In this document: positions 12,372 to 27,288 of the stretch, one piece after another
Position numbering within the stretch: the first letter of the stretch is position 1
How the letters are laid out: the number at the start of each line of letters is the position of its first letter
From: Octopus sinensis
Lineage: Eukaryota
Direction: 5' to 3'
Length of the DNA: 64,000 nt
Assembly (NCBI RefSeq): GCF_006345805.1
Contig: NC_043000.1
Location: 91,884,001 to 91,948,000, forward strand
Translations under genes and position numbers: made by a program
Notes under the pieces: generated by a model
The model's input: the letters and a program-made list of their open reading frames with translations, nothing else
Told to the model about the DNA's origin: nothing
The model's database searches: none

Positions 12372-14158
12372 CAACAAAACAACAACAATAACAAAAACAA
12401 TAGTAACAACAACAGCTGCAAAGACTTCAAGCACTGCAGCCACGACTTCAAGAGTAGCAGCAGCAATGACAGCAATCAACAGAAATCACATTAAGCACGG
12501 CATGAGAGATGCTTGGCTGTCTGCAAAGGATACGGCAAAAAAAAAAAAAAATTAAATTCGCCACATTTGATAAACCTTTCAACAACAAACGGACCTTAGC
12601 TACATGAAGTCACCATCATTTCCTGTCTAACTTAACTATAGTGCCACGTCAAAGGTGATATAAAATACGAGGGGCTTTTTGTCACACCCTGTAGTACATC
12701 GATATTGCTTTGACAATTCTCAAAACTTCATTGTCCTTTGTCATACTAAGTCATGACAGATTCATTGTGTGGGTAATAAATATCTCGTGACCTATTTTGG
12801 GGCTAATGATCCATGTGATCTTTGCATTGTCACGTTCTGAAAAAGATGAAAATTCATATATATATATGAGTACCATGAAATCTTTGATTTAAAGAAATGA
12901 AGTCTTGGAGCCTGGAACGCATAGAGTCATTTTGCACTGTTATGGTTCTAAGTAGATTTTGTGAGAGATAATGTGACACATCGCATTAAAGACTGGATTT
13001 GGATGATGTTATCTATGTTAGTCGCCGTGGGAGCTTTTGTCATCTTGTCTTCTATATTGTTGTATTTATCAATATTGTTGTCAATCTGATCTGAAATGAT
13101 AGACTCTATCTCTATGGTAAATGATTTGTTCATCCATGTGAAAGTTAGTATTTTATTTACGTTATAGGAATACGATTCCAAGAAAGAATTGCCATGTAAA
13201 GGCGTATTTTTACACTCATTCTTCTATGATATGACATCCATGTATCCAATTCTGGATAAGCTGATCGAAGTTTAAAATTTTATTTCGATGAAACCCAATC
13301 CAATCTCTTGGTAGAATTTTTCTGCTGAAGAGACTTTCAATTCGGTTTATTCACTTCCATACAATCGAAGTCAATAAAGGTTACACAATACGAGAGTAAA
13401 CTGGAATGATAGTGAGCATCAATGATAACTGCCTCCATAAACTGTTTCCTGACACTCAATAGTCCCCTGCCACTTTAACTATTCGGAATGCACAATCATT
13501 ATATGTCAGATTTATTGCATCGTATATGATGATATTTTGAGAAAATTCCTTGTATTACACTCTATAGTGTCTGCTTTACCATATTCTAGTCTAATTCTGA
13601 AAAGCCATATGTTATGGCTACAGCTGCAAATGTATTAATGATATATGATATTTTGGTGATTTAAGGCTTCAGAATATTTTAATTTTATCAATATGTTCAA
13701 TTTTGTATTACCATTTATATTTCTTTAATAAAGTCCTCTATTTCCTCTTACCTAAGTACAAATACTAACAAAATACATAATTAAACGAGATCGTTATTAT
13801 TCCCTATGGTTGGAGGTCCAAGTCATCTGTTTAACTTGCTAGCCTACATTGCTGTATTGTTAACTCACTGTATTTTCCTGTGCACTGTTTTCCGTAAAAT
13901 GTTTATCAGGAGTCTTTTAAGCTGATGAGAATTTACGCATGAATTTCAAGCCATCCTGGTAATGGATTAACATGATCCCCTGTTTTCAGTTTGTACCACA
14001 GATTGACATTTTCTAAAAACAAGAAATTCAAAGGATAACCATAAACAAAAATTAAAATAAAAGTTCCACATTATTATTTTTAAATGTTTCACCATCTCAC
14101 TACAGTGTCAAGAACGGCTAATATGGAATTAGTAATGCAGATAAACACATTTAGTCTT

Positions 14159-14211
<53 letters not shown>

Positions 14212-14538
14212 GTGTGTGTGTATATATATATGTGTGTGTGTGTGTGTATATGTATATACATATATATATATATATACATATATATATGTGCGTGTATATC
14301 TATCTATATAGATAAGCTTACTTTCCAACCACATACTCCTAGGTTCAGTCCCACTGCGTGGCACCTTCGGCAAGTGTATATATATATATATATATATATA
14401 CGTGTATGTATAAATAGATGTTTATATTCCCACATACAATATGCATACCTACACAGAGAGCAAAATAGTCAAGATTTCTGAAACACATTGTTAATACATG
14501 TATTCAATGTATATTATATATTTGTCTTTGTGTGTGTG

Positions 14539-14571
<33 letters not shown>

Positions 14572-14902
14572 TTGTGCGCGTGTATGTGTGTGCGTGCATG
14601 CATGCGCATGTGAGTGCGTGTGTGTGTGTGAGTGTGTATGTGTGCATGTAAAATATCACCAATCTATCATTAGGAAATGCGTTCCATGCATATTTGTAAA
14701 ACAAATGGACAGCTGTTCCTTTGTTCAAACATGTAAATTATAAATGCCCTCTATATTTCTAAATGTATATATTCATTTTGTGACAAGCTGATATATCATC
14801 TAAATGTATATATAAACACCATGGAATGTATTTTTTCATTGATATCGATATCTATATAGGTTTCATACACGCACACACATTATATACGCGCGCACGCGCA
14901 CA

Positions 14903-15001
<99 letters not shown>

Positions 15002-15043
15002 ATTTATATATGTGGATCCATCCATCCATCTATCTATCTATCT

Positions 15044-15911
15044 GCCCGACGATCTCGGGGCGAACCTGGGCGTCACGAGGAATACCTAACCCGCCTGTTC
15101 AAGACGAGTTTCGGGCCGGGCCCTATGGACAACTTCCAGAGATCCCTGGCCTGGCAGTGCTATCGAGAAGCGCTACCCGTTCGTGATAAGCTCTACAGAC
15201 ATGGCTCGAGAATCACGGGACCGATCTGCCCGACAAGCGGTCAGAGCGACGAAACCGTTCTGTACGCACTCATACAGTGTCCAGCCATTTCCGACCTGTG
15301 GGCCTATGTCGAACTACTGCTATCGCGTGTCGGACGAGTCAGTATATCAACGGAGTCTATCGTGAATATCGTCGCGCCTCCTTCCTTGAAACGGGAAGGA
15401 AGAGCCATTTTCATTGTACTTGTGGATATGGCGAAAGACTGTGTATGGTGGATGCGTCTGAAAGGTCTAGAGACAAATACTTTCCTTTCTGGTGAATCTC
15501 TCATCAACTTCTTCAAGTATCACTTGAAAAGGAAGGTGAGAGAGTAGAGAAGGAAGTTGTCTCGTGAATGTTTCAAAAAAAGATGGGTGAATGTAGCAAC
15601 GATGGCACATGTGAATGACGGAGCTACCTTGTGCATAATCCTATGAACCAGAAAAAGAAAGGTAAAAAAGAGAGTCACTTACTGTAATGTGTTGTTTGCA
15701 TGACATTATTGCCCGAGGTTATCGTGGTCTTTTCCGTAGGCCTTTCTTTCCAATGGTAAACTTAATCTGTTTCCCATTTTACACTATGATATTTCTGTGA
15801 TACACGATCCCGACTGATCGGCTTCCCCTTTTTTCTTTCCTTCTCAAAAAGAAAAGCTCTACTTTGTAGTTTGTCCCTTCTAAGATCAGCCTTGTGCGGC
15901 CGATAAAGAAA
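15044..15911 (+). mobile_element. 5'-truncated Tx1/L1-like LINE (zf-RVT C-terminus plus 3' UTR)
   Basis: ORF 15125-15547 LAWQCYREALPVRDKL..CP...DETV.YALIQCP..LW is the cysteine-rich L1/Tx1 C-terminal domain; flanked by (TATC)n on both sides. Confidence 0.8.
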
Positions 15912-15913
15912 CA

Positions 15914-15984
<71 letters not shown>

Positions 15985-17589
15985 ATATATATAGTTCAAA
16001 TTTTCAGAATAACAGAAAGCAAAATATGAAAACATTTGAGGGAACAACAAGCTGGTGCATTAGTTTAACGCTCGGGTAGGATAAAAAAGTCTTTGGCGTT
16101 TGGAGTCTACGCTCTTCGGCAAATATATATATATACATATATATACATACATACATACATATATATATATATATACGCGCACACACAAACATACACACAC
16201 TCACACATATATGTGTGTGTTTATTTATATTTATAATCCTTAATTTCAAGTACCTGTGATAATATATATCCATACACACTCATACACATTTAAATATGAC
16301 AACCACTTGGAATCGAAGATGACATGGTAGTATGCGAGAGTCCTTGTGAAAGTTTTGTGTTCATTACTCCACCACTCCGTGGTACTGTGTCCATTGCTAA
16401 CCTCCTCTCGGCTTCTTGAAAACTAAGTAACTATTAATTAGTATCATGGGGTTGTGGTTACACTACATAGTTGTATACCACTGCTTGGAAACTGAAAACA
16501 AATGAGTGTTTTGTTAGCTAGCTTTCTTGAATTGCATTGCTTCACCAGCTTTAGTCAAAGTAATGGCAAGCTAATCTGATATTTAGGCAAGCATTGCCTA
16601 ATACATTTAAGATAGTAAATCTAAAAATGTTTATTCCCCTAATATTGCAGATTATGCAATATTATTAGAGTAAGACAAAAAAAAATCTGTATTACTTAAT
16701 GGACAACTTTTGTGAAGAAGAGCAAGGGAAGGAACTCTAATATTCAAATTGTTCAAGTTTAACTTTTGGTTAGAATCTCAGCTTTTCTTGTTCCACTATA
16801 AATAATTTCTCTATGAAGAGAGATTAAGAGAAGAATGTGAACTGCTTGTATTTTTTTCAGACTAACAAATTCAATATAAATATGAATACAGTACCTTTAG
16901 CACTTTATAGATACATATAAGTAATATAAAACAAACACAGAAATATAAAATTGTGCTAAATAAATAGTAATTTATTTTTCTTTTGAGAAAGATCATTGTC
17001 GTAATAGAAAGGTTTGCGGGAATGAGAAGATTCTAAGGATGGTAATATAAGTTAGTAAACAATAGATTCAATTGAAAAATTCGCACGATAACGGTAAGTT
17101 CAATTTCAGTGAAGAGTGGAAAAATCTGTTTTGAATTATTATCTTTCAAACGGAGTTTGCTTCTTAATAATCTACGCATTAACTATGTTAACAGAAACTA
17201 TGCTAAGAGAAATGTAAAAGAGTGTTAATTTTCATACGCCTTTTGCACTAACTCTGCAGATATACAGTTCTAAGTTCCTTACAATAGTCTTTTATTCATT
17301 CCATTTGGACATATTGACCGAATTCATTTCGTAAATAATTTTGTGTTATCCTCTCCGTGTCAATCTTCTGTTTACGTGTTTGTTTGTCTGTCTGTCGGCT
17401 CTCTCTCTCTCTCTAGTTGTCTCTGTCTTTCTGTCGCCTTCTCTCTCTTCTCTCAATTGCTAAATAGCTCTTTAGTCTTTGCTAGCAACCTAAATTCTTT
17501 GCTGCTTGATTAGCAACACACAAACACTTAACATAGTAATAATAATAATAATGATGATGATGATGATAATAATAATAATAATAACAATG

Positions 17590-17638
<49 letters not shown>

Positions 17639-18519
17639 TGATGATAATAATAATAACAACAACAATAAAAACAACAGTGATAATGATTATAACAACAACA
17701 ACAATAACAACGATGACGATGACGACGACGATGATGGTGATGGTCAGCAACAAGAATACACAATAACAACTGCATCCCTAAAATATAATAAAATATGTTA
17801 GGAAACTACTTGTCTTACAACAGCCCAAACTAGCACAAAACAACTAAAATAATAAAGACACAAAAGTCCTACATTTAAAAAAAAACATATTTTTGGCATT
17901 CTCACTGCCAAAATAGTTGTGAACAGGTAATATAAAGGTAGATAATACTTTGCAACTATTTTGTCTTTTCCATACCTCAGTGTTATTTCTCCCCCTTTCT
18001 CTCTCCCCTCCCTCTTCCTCTCTCAGATATTTTACAATTGATTGTTATAATTGACTGGTTTGTTTTTTTTTATATTTTTTTGCCTTCTCTCTATGTTTAA
18101 GTTTGTTTAATGGATCGAAAATAAAGCAATTTTCTGCTCTGCTAGATTTTGTGTGAAATATTTCATTAAGTCTGCAAACCAAAACAACGCTTTCATGCTT
18201 ACATGCAACTAATTAATGTTGTTATTACATATGTATTATGGCAATGATGATGAGGATGATGATGCTGAAGGCCGAATCAGTAAATTGCTAGGTAAATATT
18301 TAGTGTCATCGTTCTTTATTCCAAGTTCAATTCCTATATTGGGTGACATTTTTTTCATTTTTCTCTCTCTCACCTCAATTAGCTATACAGTGTTAGCAGG
18401 GGAAAGGAAGAGGTGTGAAGCTTTAAAACTCTCTCATGAACAATAAGCATATGAGTGATATACTTACAACTTGGCTATTGAAGTTGAGCCAGAAGCTTTA
18501 TGAAAGAACCATAGAATAA

Positions 18520-18734
18520 TATTCTGTTGTGTCTGAGGAGAGTCATTTTCTTTTTGTGCCTTATAATTTAACACACTCACCCGTAAAATTTCCACTTATT
18601 TCTTTGAAAAGGTTGCAAGACGCAACGAAAATTTTAGGAAAATAATAATTAGAAATAAGTGAAAATTTTACCAGTGAGTGTTTTAAATTACAAGGCACAA
18701 AAACAAAATGACTCTCCCCAGATGCAACAGAATA
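18520..18734. mobile_element. MITE-like fold-back element with ~85-bp imperfect inverted arms
   Basis: TATTCTGTTG..GAGAGTCATTTT..GTGCCTT..ACACTCAC..AAAATTT matches the reverse complement of 18650-18734. Confidence 0.7.
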
Positions 18735-18987
18735 TATATAGTTCAATACATGAACTCACATAAAGAATCTTGCAAACCAAATTCAAAAACGAAACATAGA
18801 ATAATAACTATATCGCAAAAAACATGAAACACAGATTTGGTTGTGTGCTTCAAAGGTCTGCTTTATGTCTGCATAGTTTTGAGTGTCATCGCAGTTTGAC
18901 GGTGTCATAAATAATTAGTTCTCAAAAAGAAAAAAAACACACAATAAATACGTGTCCAGATATTTTATTGTTTCCGTTTCAAATGTT

Positions 18988-19106
18988 GGCACAAGGCCAG
19001 TAATTTCATGGGAGGAGTTAAGTCGATTACATCGACCCCAGCGCTCAACTGGTACTTAATTTTTCGGCCCTCGAAAGATCAAAGGCAAAAGTCAATCTCG
19101 GCGGAT
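18988..19106 (-). mobile_element. SINE family B fragment
   Basis: AAGTCGATTACATCGACCCCAG..CTGGTACTTA core shared with the other family B copies. Confidence 0.75.
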
Positions 19107-19335
19107 ATTATATTATACTCAACAGTTAATTACGTTACATGTGAACAAACATGTTTATATTATATGTCATTAAGCTTTTCTGCTAGGGTGTATGTAAATA
19201 ATTAAAGTTTAACAAGAAGTAATATAATATGAATGTTCTACTTGATTCTGAGATCAACCAAAGCCTATGAATGACATTTCATAGATGGGTGTATTACTGG
19301 AAGATCGACCCCAGTACATAACCAATTCTTTATTT

Positions 19336-19653
19336 CAGTGGTTCCCAAAGTGGGCGGTATTGCCCCCAGCCTGGAGGTGGTGGAAAGTTCCGAGGGAGTA
19401 TTGAAGAAAAGTGGGGCGATTATCGGATAGCGATTCATGGAAAAAGTGGGGCGATAATGGGGCAGCGATTCATGTAAAAACAACAAAATAATGGCTTCGT
19501 TAGGTTAAGTTTTATTTGTGAAATATAGTTGCTTTGAATTTGCTTAAGAAAGAGCTCCATGTTTGTGAAGGTTAGTTGGGGTGGGGTGGTGGGGCTAGGA
19601 AATCGGCCTGGATGTCAAGGGAGCGGAAACCCGAAATATTTTGGGAACCACTG
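19336..19653. mobile_element. hAT (Charlie-like) MITE nested in a SINE B copy
   Basis: TIRs CAGTGGTTCCCAAA / TTTGGGAACCACTG; 8-bp TSD CTTTATTT / CTATATTT (1 mismatch); SINE B sequence resumes on both sides. Confidence 0.85.
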
Positions 19654-22317
19654 CTATATTTTATCATCCCCAGAACAATGCATAGCAAAACTGACCTCAG
19701 CGTGATATGAACTTATTAAGTAAAATTGTAATTAATTGCTGCAAATTCTTCATTTATTACTCTAATAATTCTAAAGAATAAGAAGTTTTGAATAGTACAA
19801 CAATGCACTATAATACAGACAATGGGTTATATACCTGTTGTAATTTAGTCATCCATAGTCTGATATCTAATAATTCTGACAACCAACTTGTGTATTGACA
19901 ATTTTGTGAGCTTTGCAAAACAGTTTCTGCTCCTTTGCACTTGTTGCTAACTGAGCACCATTATCAGCTCTACAATCACAACAATCCCCATCAAAGTCAC
20001 CACCACCTCAATCACCACTACAATCCCCAACACTATTATCAATAACAACACCAGTACATCCATCTAAACACATCAATGAAGCCAATGAGAGAAGCACTGT
20101 AATTACTTAACATGCATGAAATAGTAACGAAACAAATATCACAATCGACTGCTTTAGAAGTGACTATACACTAGACAAAAATAGTCTCTGATGTGCAGAA
20201 AGAACAAAAAGGTCACAAATGGAAAGTCTTTAATTAATGGTCCGGTTCAACCAATGCTGAGCTGGCTGTATGCAACAACAGAAACATCAAGAAACATATT
20301 TTCCTAGCCCACCTTTCCGCTTTTCATTACCCTTACACCAATCATTTTGTCCAGTTCATTCTTCTTCAAAATGATTACCACTGAAACACCCTCCCAGATT
20401 AGCTTTTCTTCCACAGCTACTGATAAAATCAACAACCAGTTACAAATCCCAGTGAACTTTCTTTATTCCCAGATGTCGAAGTATCCAAAAAGACATATGG
20501 AAACAATGATTTTATTAGACAGTATTTTATCTAAATTCAATAAAAAAAGAACCTTTTGTTTATATTTATTTTCTCGTCTGATCTAATTAGTATGCTCCAT
20601 TTTTATTTTTATGTAACTTGGAAACCTGTCTTCAACTATAGTCCTGTGGCACCAATGCTTTGTGAATAAATTTGGTTGACAGAAACTGTGCAGAAGCTCA
20701 TCGTATCTATCTATCTATCTATAGCTATACATATATATATAAAATAAATGAATATGAATAGATTACTTCAATTTACACAATAAATGTTTCAGGAGCATGG
20801 TAATTTATTTGCAGATGATGTATTACATAATATGAAGTACTTTTGCATAATTTTCATAATTTTATATGCTAAATCCCCTGCCATTTCATCAGGTGGAAGG
20901 AACTATTGGTTTGAAGCGTTGTTACCCAGACTAACATGATTAAATATATCGAGATTGTGTAGATAACACTATTGACAGGATGATGAATCAGGAATACTAA
21001 TCAGTATTCTTACAGAGTACTCTGCTAGTCAAATAGCCACTGGAGACTGCGGAGTTGATAATCACTATCATTAAAACCCAAACCAAATGATATGCGTGTT
21101 TCGTTGTGTCTGTCTCACCCGCCGCTTGACGGTCGGTGTTTTGCATATGTAAGTTAAAGGTTCAGCAAAAAGGCCCAATGCAATAAATACTAGGTTTAAA
21201 AGAATAATTACTGGGATTAATTTCTTCGACTGAATAACTTTTAATGCAGTGTCCTAGCATAGCCACACTCCAAAGACTGAAACAAGTAACAAATAATAAT
21301 AATATCTCTAAGAAACCAATTGTACGCTTCGTGCTTTCTTGGTTTTTGAAACAGCAAAGAGTGAATTTATAAGAGTTGAAAACTGGTTGCTTTGCGTAGC
21401 AGATGGAGTCAACTATTTTGTCATAAGAAACTCATTGTAGCAGAAAGAATTGGTCCGATAAAAATTATTTTATCAGACGTTTAGATTGTAAAAATGGATA
21501 TGGCAAACACTAATAAGATAATGTAATTACAACAGCTAGTTCAGTCATTGTTAAGTCATACGTAATTAAGTAAAAGGCAAGAATTTAGTGTAGTTGTCAA
21601 GTTAATGAATAATCAACGATAAACAACATATGTCCGCTGTATATTCAGTTCACAAAATCACACTAAATCTAGTATAATATTCTACTTTATTTAATAACCT
21701 GAGAACAAAATCTATACATTTTTATACCAGTTGTATAAATGACGGCGTTTGAGAATTAACAAATACAAGAACGTGTAGTGTTCAGAAAAATGGCATAACT
21801 CCCTATAGAATTTGGTAGCTTTCTTTTTTTCTTAGATTTGCCCAACGATAAAAGTTCAAGAACATTCTATAAGCCATTTGGTTGGGAGGTTTCTGCTGAC
21901 AAATCGATCAGATTGGCTGAGCTACAGTCATGTGATGTTAATGACGAATGACTTTTATGGCATGTATACATGCATGTATGCATGCTTGTATGCATATATA
22001 CGTATGTGAATATATATGTTTATACACACACGCATATATATATATATATATATACATGTATACACACATTCACAAACAGGTATATATACATGTAGGCATA
22101 TATATATATATATATATATAATATAATATGATATATATATGCAGATATATTTATGTATAAACGTACATATATAGGGATATATATGTATATGTCTATATAC
22201 ATACACACATATATGCAATAATACACACACACACACATATATAAGTATCGTATATATATGTATGTATGCTTATATATGTTTATACATATATATATATATA
22301 TGTGTGTTGTTATTAAT

Positions 22318-22415
<98 letters not shown>

Positions 22416-22762
22416 TATATACAAATATATATATATACACAAACACGCACACACAAAATATTTCAATTTGAAAATTTGTATTTTGCATATAAAAACGTCC
22501 TTAACAATAACTTGAAAATTTTCAATGCTTCTTTTAAATTATAATTTTATTATAGGTTTGAATCAAATAGATTTTAACAAATTTCCTTTAACCAAACTTG
22601 AAACAAACCAAAACAAACAACGGCAGCAAAATTTCATAGCACGATTTTTATTTCAAGGGAAACATGTATGTTCATGTATATATATTAATATTTGTATATG
22701 TAAATATGTAATACGTATGATGTATGCATCAATGTGCGTGTGTATACATACATACATACATT

Positions 22763-22817
<55 letters not shown>

Positions 22818-24018
22818 CATATATACATATGTGTGTGAGTGTGTGTATGGGTGTGTGTCTGTGCACAGCAATGCCACATACTTTCATTTTTTATTGTTAT
22901 ATAATAAGATATCCTGCATTATAAATTATTGTTTCGCAATTTTAATTTCTTTCACAAATACATTGACACACATATACGTACACAAACGGACACACACTGC
23001 TACATGAATATTTATGTGTACATACTACATATCTGTAAAAGCATACATACATACGTACGTATGTATATATGTATATACATATATATACACTGTATGTATA
23101 TATATATATATAATATGTATATTTATATATGTATATATAAATATACATAGATATATATGCATACATATACATATATGCACATATATATATACATATATGC
23201 ATATATATATATATACATGTATACACACATTCACAAACAGGTATATATACATGTAGGCATATATATATATATACATGCACATCTACATATAAATATAAAT
23301 ACTCACGCGCACACATATATATACATACATATACACGTAGATACACACACAGAAATATATATGTATATATATGTATGTATTTGTATACACACATACATAC
23401 ACAAATCGCGTTTGTGTGTACGTATGTGTGCGTACACAAAAACTCGAGTGTTGAGAGAGCATGTATGTTTGTGTATCTCTGTGTATGCGTGTGTCTGTGT
23501 TTATTGTGTGTGTGTGTTTGTTTGTGTATGTGTATGTGTTTGTATGCGCGTGTGTGCGCGCGCGCATAATAGTATAAGTGGAAAAAAAGAGGATTTCTAA
23601 GTATTGGCATGTAGCTAAATACAATTTCAAAAACAGATCTTCTCTCCTAATATTTATACTGGATATTGGCTGACACAAAAGAAAACACTTGGCTAGATGC
23701 CGCAGCAAGTCTTTTTGATCTGCAGGAAAGAAGAATCTTGCAAGTATTGGCAATATGTTGCAAGACATGGGCGACAGTCTTTTGGTTATCAGCAAACCCT
23801 TACTTTAAGGTCGCTGGTTCCCGCCAAAGGAACGCTTTAGAAGTGTATTTAAAAAGTTGACTGCATGAGGGTCTCTAAAGCAGCCGACACACTGGCAGAG
23901 AAAACACACGGATTAATTCTTCAAATATATTCCCATTGCATTCCCCTTTCTCGCCATATTGTCTTTTTCACTCTCACATTTATTTTTTTTCTCTTTCATC
24001 TTATCTCTCTATACAACC

Positions 24019-24104
<86 letters not shown>

Positions 24105-24599
24105 TTTGGCAATATGCCAATGCCAAAAAGACTGGCATTTCTTCATTTGTTTTCCTTTTTTTGTGTGCTCTTTTACGTTATCGCATGTTTTTGCTCTATT
24201 TATGTTTGTTCACTTTAACGAAAATCCACTAAACTTCAGAAACCCACGTCTTCATTATTTCTTCAGTAGTAAACAAAAAAAATCTAGGACATTTCGGAAT
24301 GATCCGGCCGTTTGCTTAACGTTGAAAGACTCTTTAATGTTTTCTGGATATTTGTCGACAAAAAAAAAGGTTGCTATATGCATACTGTTGCGTTGCGTCA
24401 TTGGAAATAAAACTCCCTTCTCTATTTTATGATTAAAAAAATTAATCTGTGCTTAATGAGTTAAATGAAGTAGGGTATATAAAAGACATTTTCTCAAAAC
24501 ACTGTATATTCAAACTGAACTTGGAACCACGTGGTTGCAAAGTACACATGTTAACTCCTCAGTTATTTGTGCATATATGTAATATGGCGGAGTCGTTAC

Positions 24600-24728
24600 C
24601 ACGCCGAACAAAATGCTTCAGAATATTTTTTCAGGCTTTAAATTCTGAGTTCAAATTCTGCCAAGGTCGGCTTTCACTTTCATACATTCGAGGATTTAAA
24701 ACATTTCAGGCCATGTGCCGATAGTTGA

Positions 24729-24761
<33 letters not shown>

Positions 24762-24919
24762 CATTCAGAACGTCTCTACGTTCTCAGTTCAAGTTACGCC
24801 GGGGTTGACTTTGCCTTTCATAATTTCGGGGCCGATAAATGAAGAACCAGTGAAACACGAGGGTCGATGTAATCGACTAGTCCCCTCCCCTAAAATTCAG
24901 GCCTTGTGCCTTTAGTAGA

Positions 24920-24994
<75 letters not shown>

Positions 24995-25140
24995 TGGTGA
25001 GCTGGGAGAATTGTAAGCCCGTCGGGCAAAATGTTTAGCATTTCGTCCGTCTTTACGTTCTGAGTTCAAATTACACTGAGGTCGACTTTACCTTTCATCA
25101 TTTCGGGGTCGAAGTTGCTGGCCTTGTGCATATAGTAGAA
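24600..25140 (+). mobile_element. Three tandem SINE family B copies separated by (ATT)n tails
   Basis: TTCTGAGTTCAAAT..GCCTTTCAT..GGCCTTGTGCC..TAGTAGAAAG recurs at about 24.64, 24.78 and 25.05 kb, each followed by (ATT)n. Confidence 0.75.
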
Positions 25141-25143
25141 AGG

Positions 25144-25205
<62 letters not shown>

Positions 25206-25209
<4 letters not shown>

Positions 25210-25415
25210 TAGTTTTATTTTTATAGCGTGCTTTCACTCCACTACCGAGTACAGCTCTGTGTGCCTTGGGTATGTGCTGTGATTTGTTGTGATGCTCTGA
25301 TGGTTATTGTATGGAAAGTGTTCTGCGTAGGATGTATGCAGTGCCTAGTAGTGCAATTTTCTGTATCTTATATGTGTTTGTAAGTCCTGGTGTTTTTGTT
25401 ATGTATTTGTCTGAA

Positions 25416-25417
<2 letters not shown>
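25206..25417 (-). mobile_element. Short 3' end of an R4/Dong-like element
   Basis: Near-identical to 5182-5395; embedded in (ATT)n on both sides. Confidence 0.85.
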
Positions 25418-25478
<61 letters not shown>

Positions 25479-25544
25479 CATTATTGTTATTATTATTGTT
25501 GTTGTTGTTGTTATTGTTGTTGTTCTTGTTGTTGTTGTTGTTAT

Positions 25545-26073
25545 CCATTAGTCTTATTTTTATCACGTGCTTTCACTACACTACCGAACGCAGCTCCGTG
25601 TTCCTTGGTTATGTGCTGTGGTTTGTTGTGATGCTCTTATTTTTACTGTATTGAAAGTATTTTACGTAGGATGTGTGTGCTGCCTAGTGCTGCTATTTTC
25701 TGTATGTTATATGTACTTGTTAGTCTTGCTGTTTTTGTTATGTATTTGTCTGCATATTATTTTTATCATACCTAATGCACCTGCTATGATAGGAATTGTT
25801 TCTGTTTTTAGATTCCACATTCGTGTTACCTCTATTTCCAGGTCTTTATATTTTGAAAGTTTCTCCGTTTCTTTTAGAGAAACGTTGTCATCTGTTGGTA
25901 TTGAAACATCGATTAGAAAGCATTTTTTTTCTTGATGATCTCTGACAACTATCTCCTTGTCTATTGACCTAAGTTTCTCTACCTGTGTGTATCGGCATAT
26001 CCCAGGGTATGGTTGCTTTCTCATTTTCTGTGATCTTTTCTGGCGTGTGCCTACACCATCTTTTTTCTGTTGT
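25545..26073 (-). mobile_element. R4/Dong-like REL fragment, more diverged copy
   Basis: IVVRDHQEKKCFLIDVSIPTDDNVSLKETEKLSKYKDLEIEVTRMWNLK; 5' side replaced by a SINE A copy. Confidence 0.85.
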
Positions 26074-26086
26074 GTATGTGTGTGTG

Positions 26087-26445
26087 TCTGGCTGTGTGGT
26101 AAGAAGCTTGCTTCCGAGTTCAGTCTCACTGTGTGGCACCTTGGGCAAATGTCTTCTACTATAGTATCGGGTCTTTTGTTGGACGGAAACTGAAATAAGC
26201 CTGTCGTATATATGTGTGGGTGCGCGCGCGCGCATGTGCATCTTTATATCTGTGTTTTTCCCCTCCACCACCGTTTGGTGTGTTAAGATCCCCGTAACTT
26301 AGCGGTTCGGCAAAATAAACCGATAGCATAAGTACCAGGCTCAACGTAAAATAGTATTGGAATTGATTCATTCCACTAAAAACAAAAGAATGTTCAAGGT
26401 GGTGCTCCAGCATGCCCGCAATCAAACGACTGAAAGAACTAAAAA
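26087..26445 (+). mobile_element. SINE family A
   Basis: Head, body and GGTGCTCCAGCATG tail match the family. Confidence 0.8.
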
Positions 26446-26544
26446 ATACATACATGTTAACATATATATACATATATAAATAAATGCATATATATATAGA
26501 TATATTTATAAATATATATATATGCATATATATTTATTACCTAT

Positions 26545-26648
<104 letters not shown>

Positions 26649-26728
26649 GGCGGTGCCCCAGCATGGCCACAGCTCATGAGCTGAAACTGGAAAAATCAAT
26701 CAAATCATATATCATATATATTATATAT

Positions 26729-26770
<42 letters not shown>

Positions 26771-26812
26771 CATACATGCATACATACATACATACATACA
26801 TATATATATATA

Positions 26813-27288
26813 GGCGCATAAGTAGCTGAGTGGTAAGTAGCTTGCTTACCAACCACATGGTTTCGGGTTCAGTCCCACTGCGTGGGATCTTGGGCAAGTG
26901 TCCTCTACTAAAACCTCGGGCCGACCAAAGCCTTGTGAGAGGATTTGGAAGACAGAAACTGAAAGAAGCCCGTCGTATATATGTATATATATGTATGTGT
27001 GTGTATATCTTTGTGTGTCTGTGTTTGTCCCCCTAGCTTTGCTTGACAACCGATGGTGGTATGTTTACGTCCCCGTAGCCTAGCGGTTCGGCAAAAAAGA
27101 CCGATAGAATAAGTACTAGGCTTCCAAAGAATATGTCGAACAAATCGATCCCCAGGACTTATTCTTTGGTATAAGTACTTATACTTATTCCAAAGAATAA
27201 GCCCTGGGGTCGATTTGCTCGACTAAAGGCGGTGCTCCAGCATGGCCGCAGTCAAATGACTGAAACAAGTAAAAGAGTAAAAGAATAA
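26813..27288 (+). mobile_element. SINE family A with internal fold-back inversion
   Basis: Full-length copy; 27136-27169 is the reverse complement of 27190-27222. Confidence 0.85.

Noticed and set aside
12961-13089. Hydrophobic stretch DWIWMMLSMLVAVGAFVILSSILLYLSILLSI as a membrane-protein exon
   Set aside because: Short, weak acceptor, no recognisable family; expected from T-rich sequence.
23804-23891. 88-nt minus-strand exon candidate with good AG/GT signals
   Set aside because: All three frames contain stops; it could only be non-coding and nothing else supports it.
24600-25420. CRISPR-like repeat-spacer pattern
   Set aside because: The repeats are SINE copies and the spacers are (ATT)n; eukaryotic context with no cas genes.
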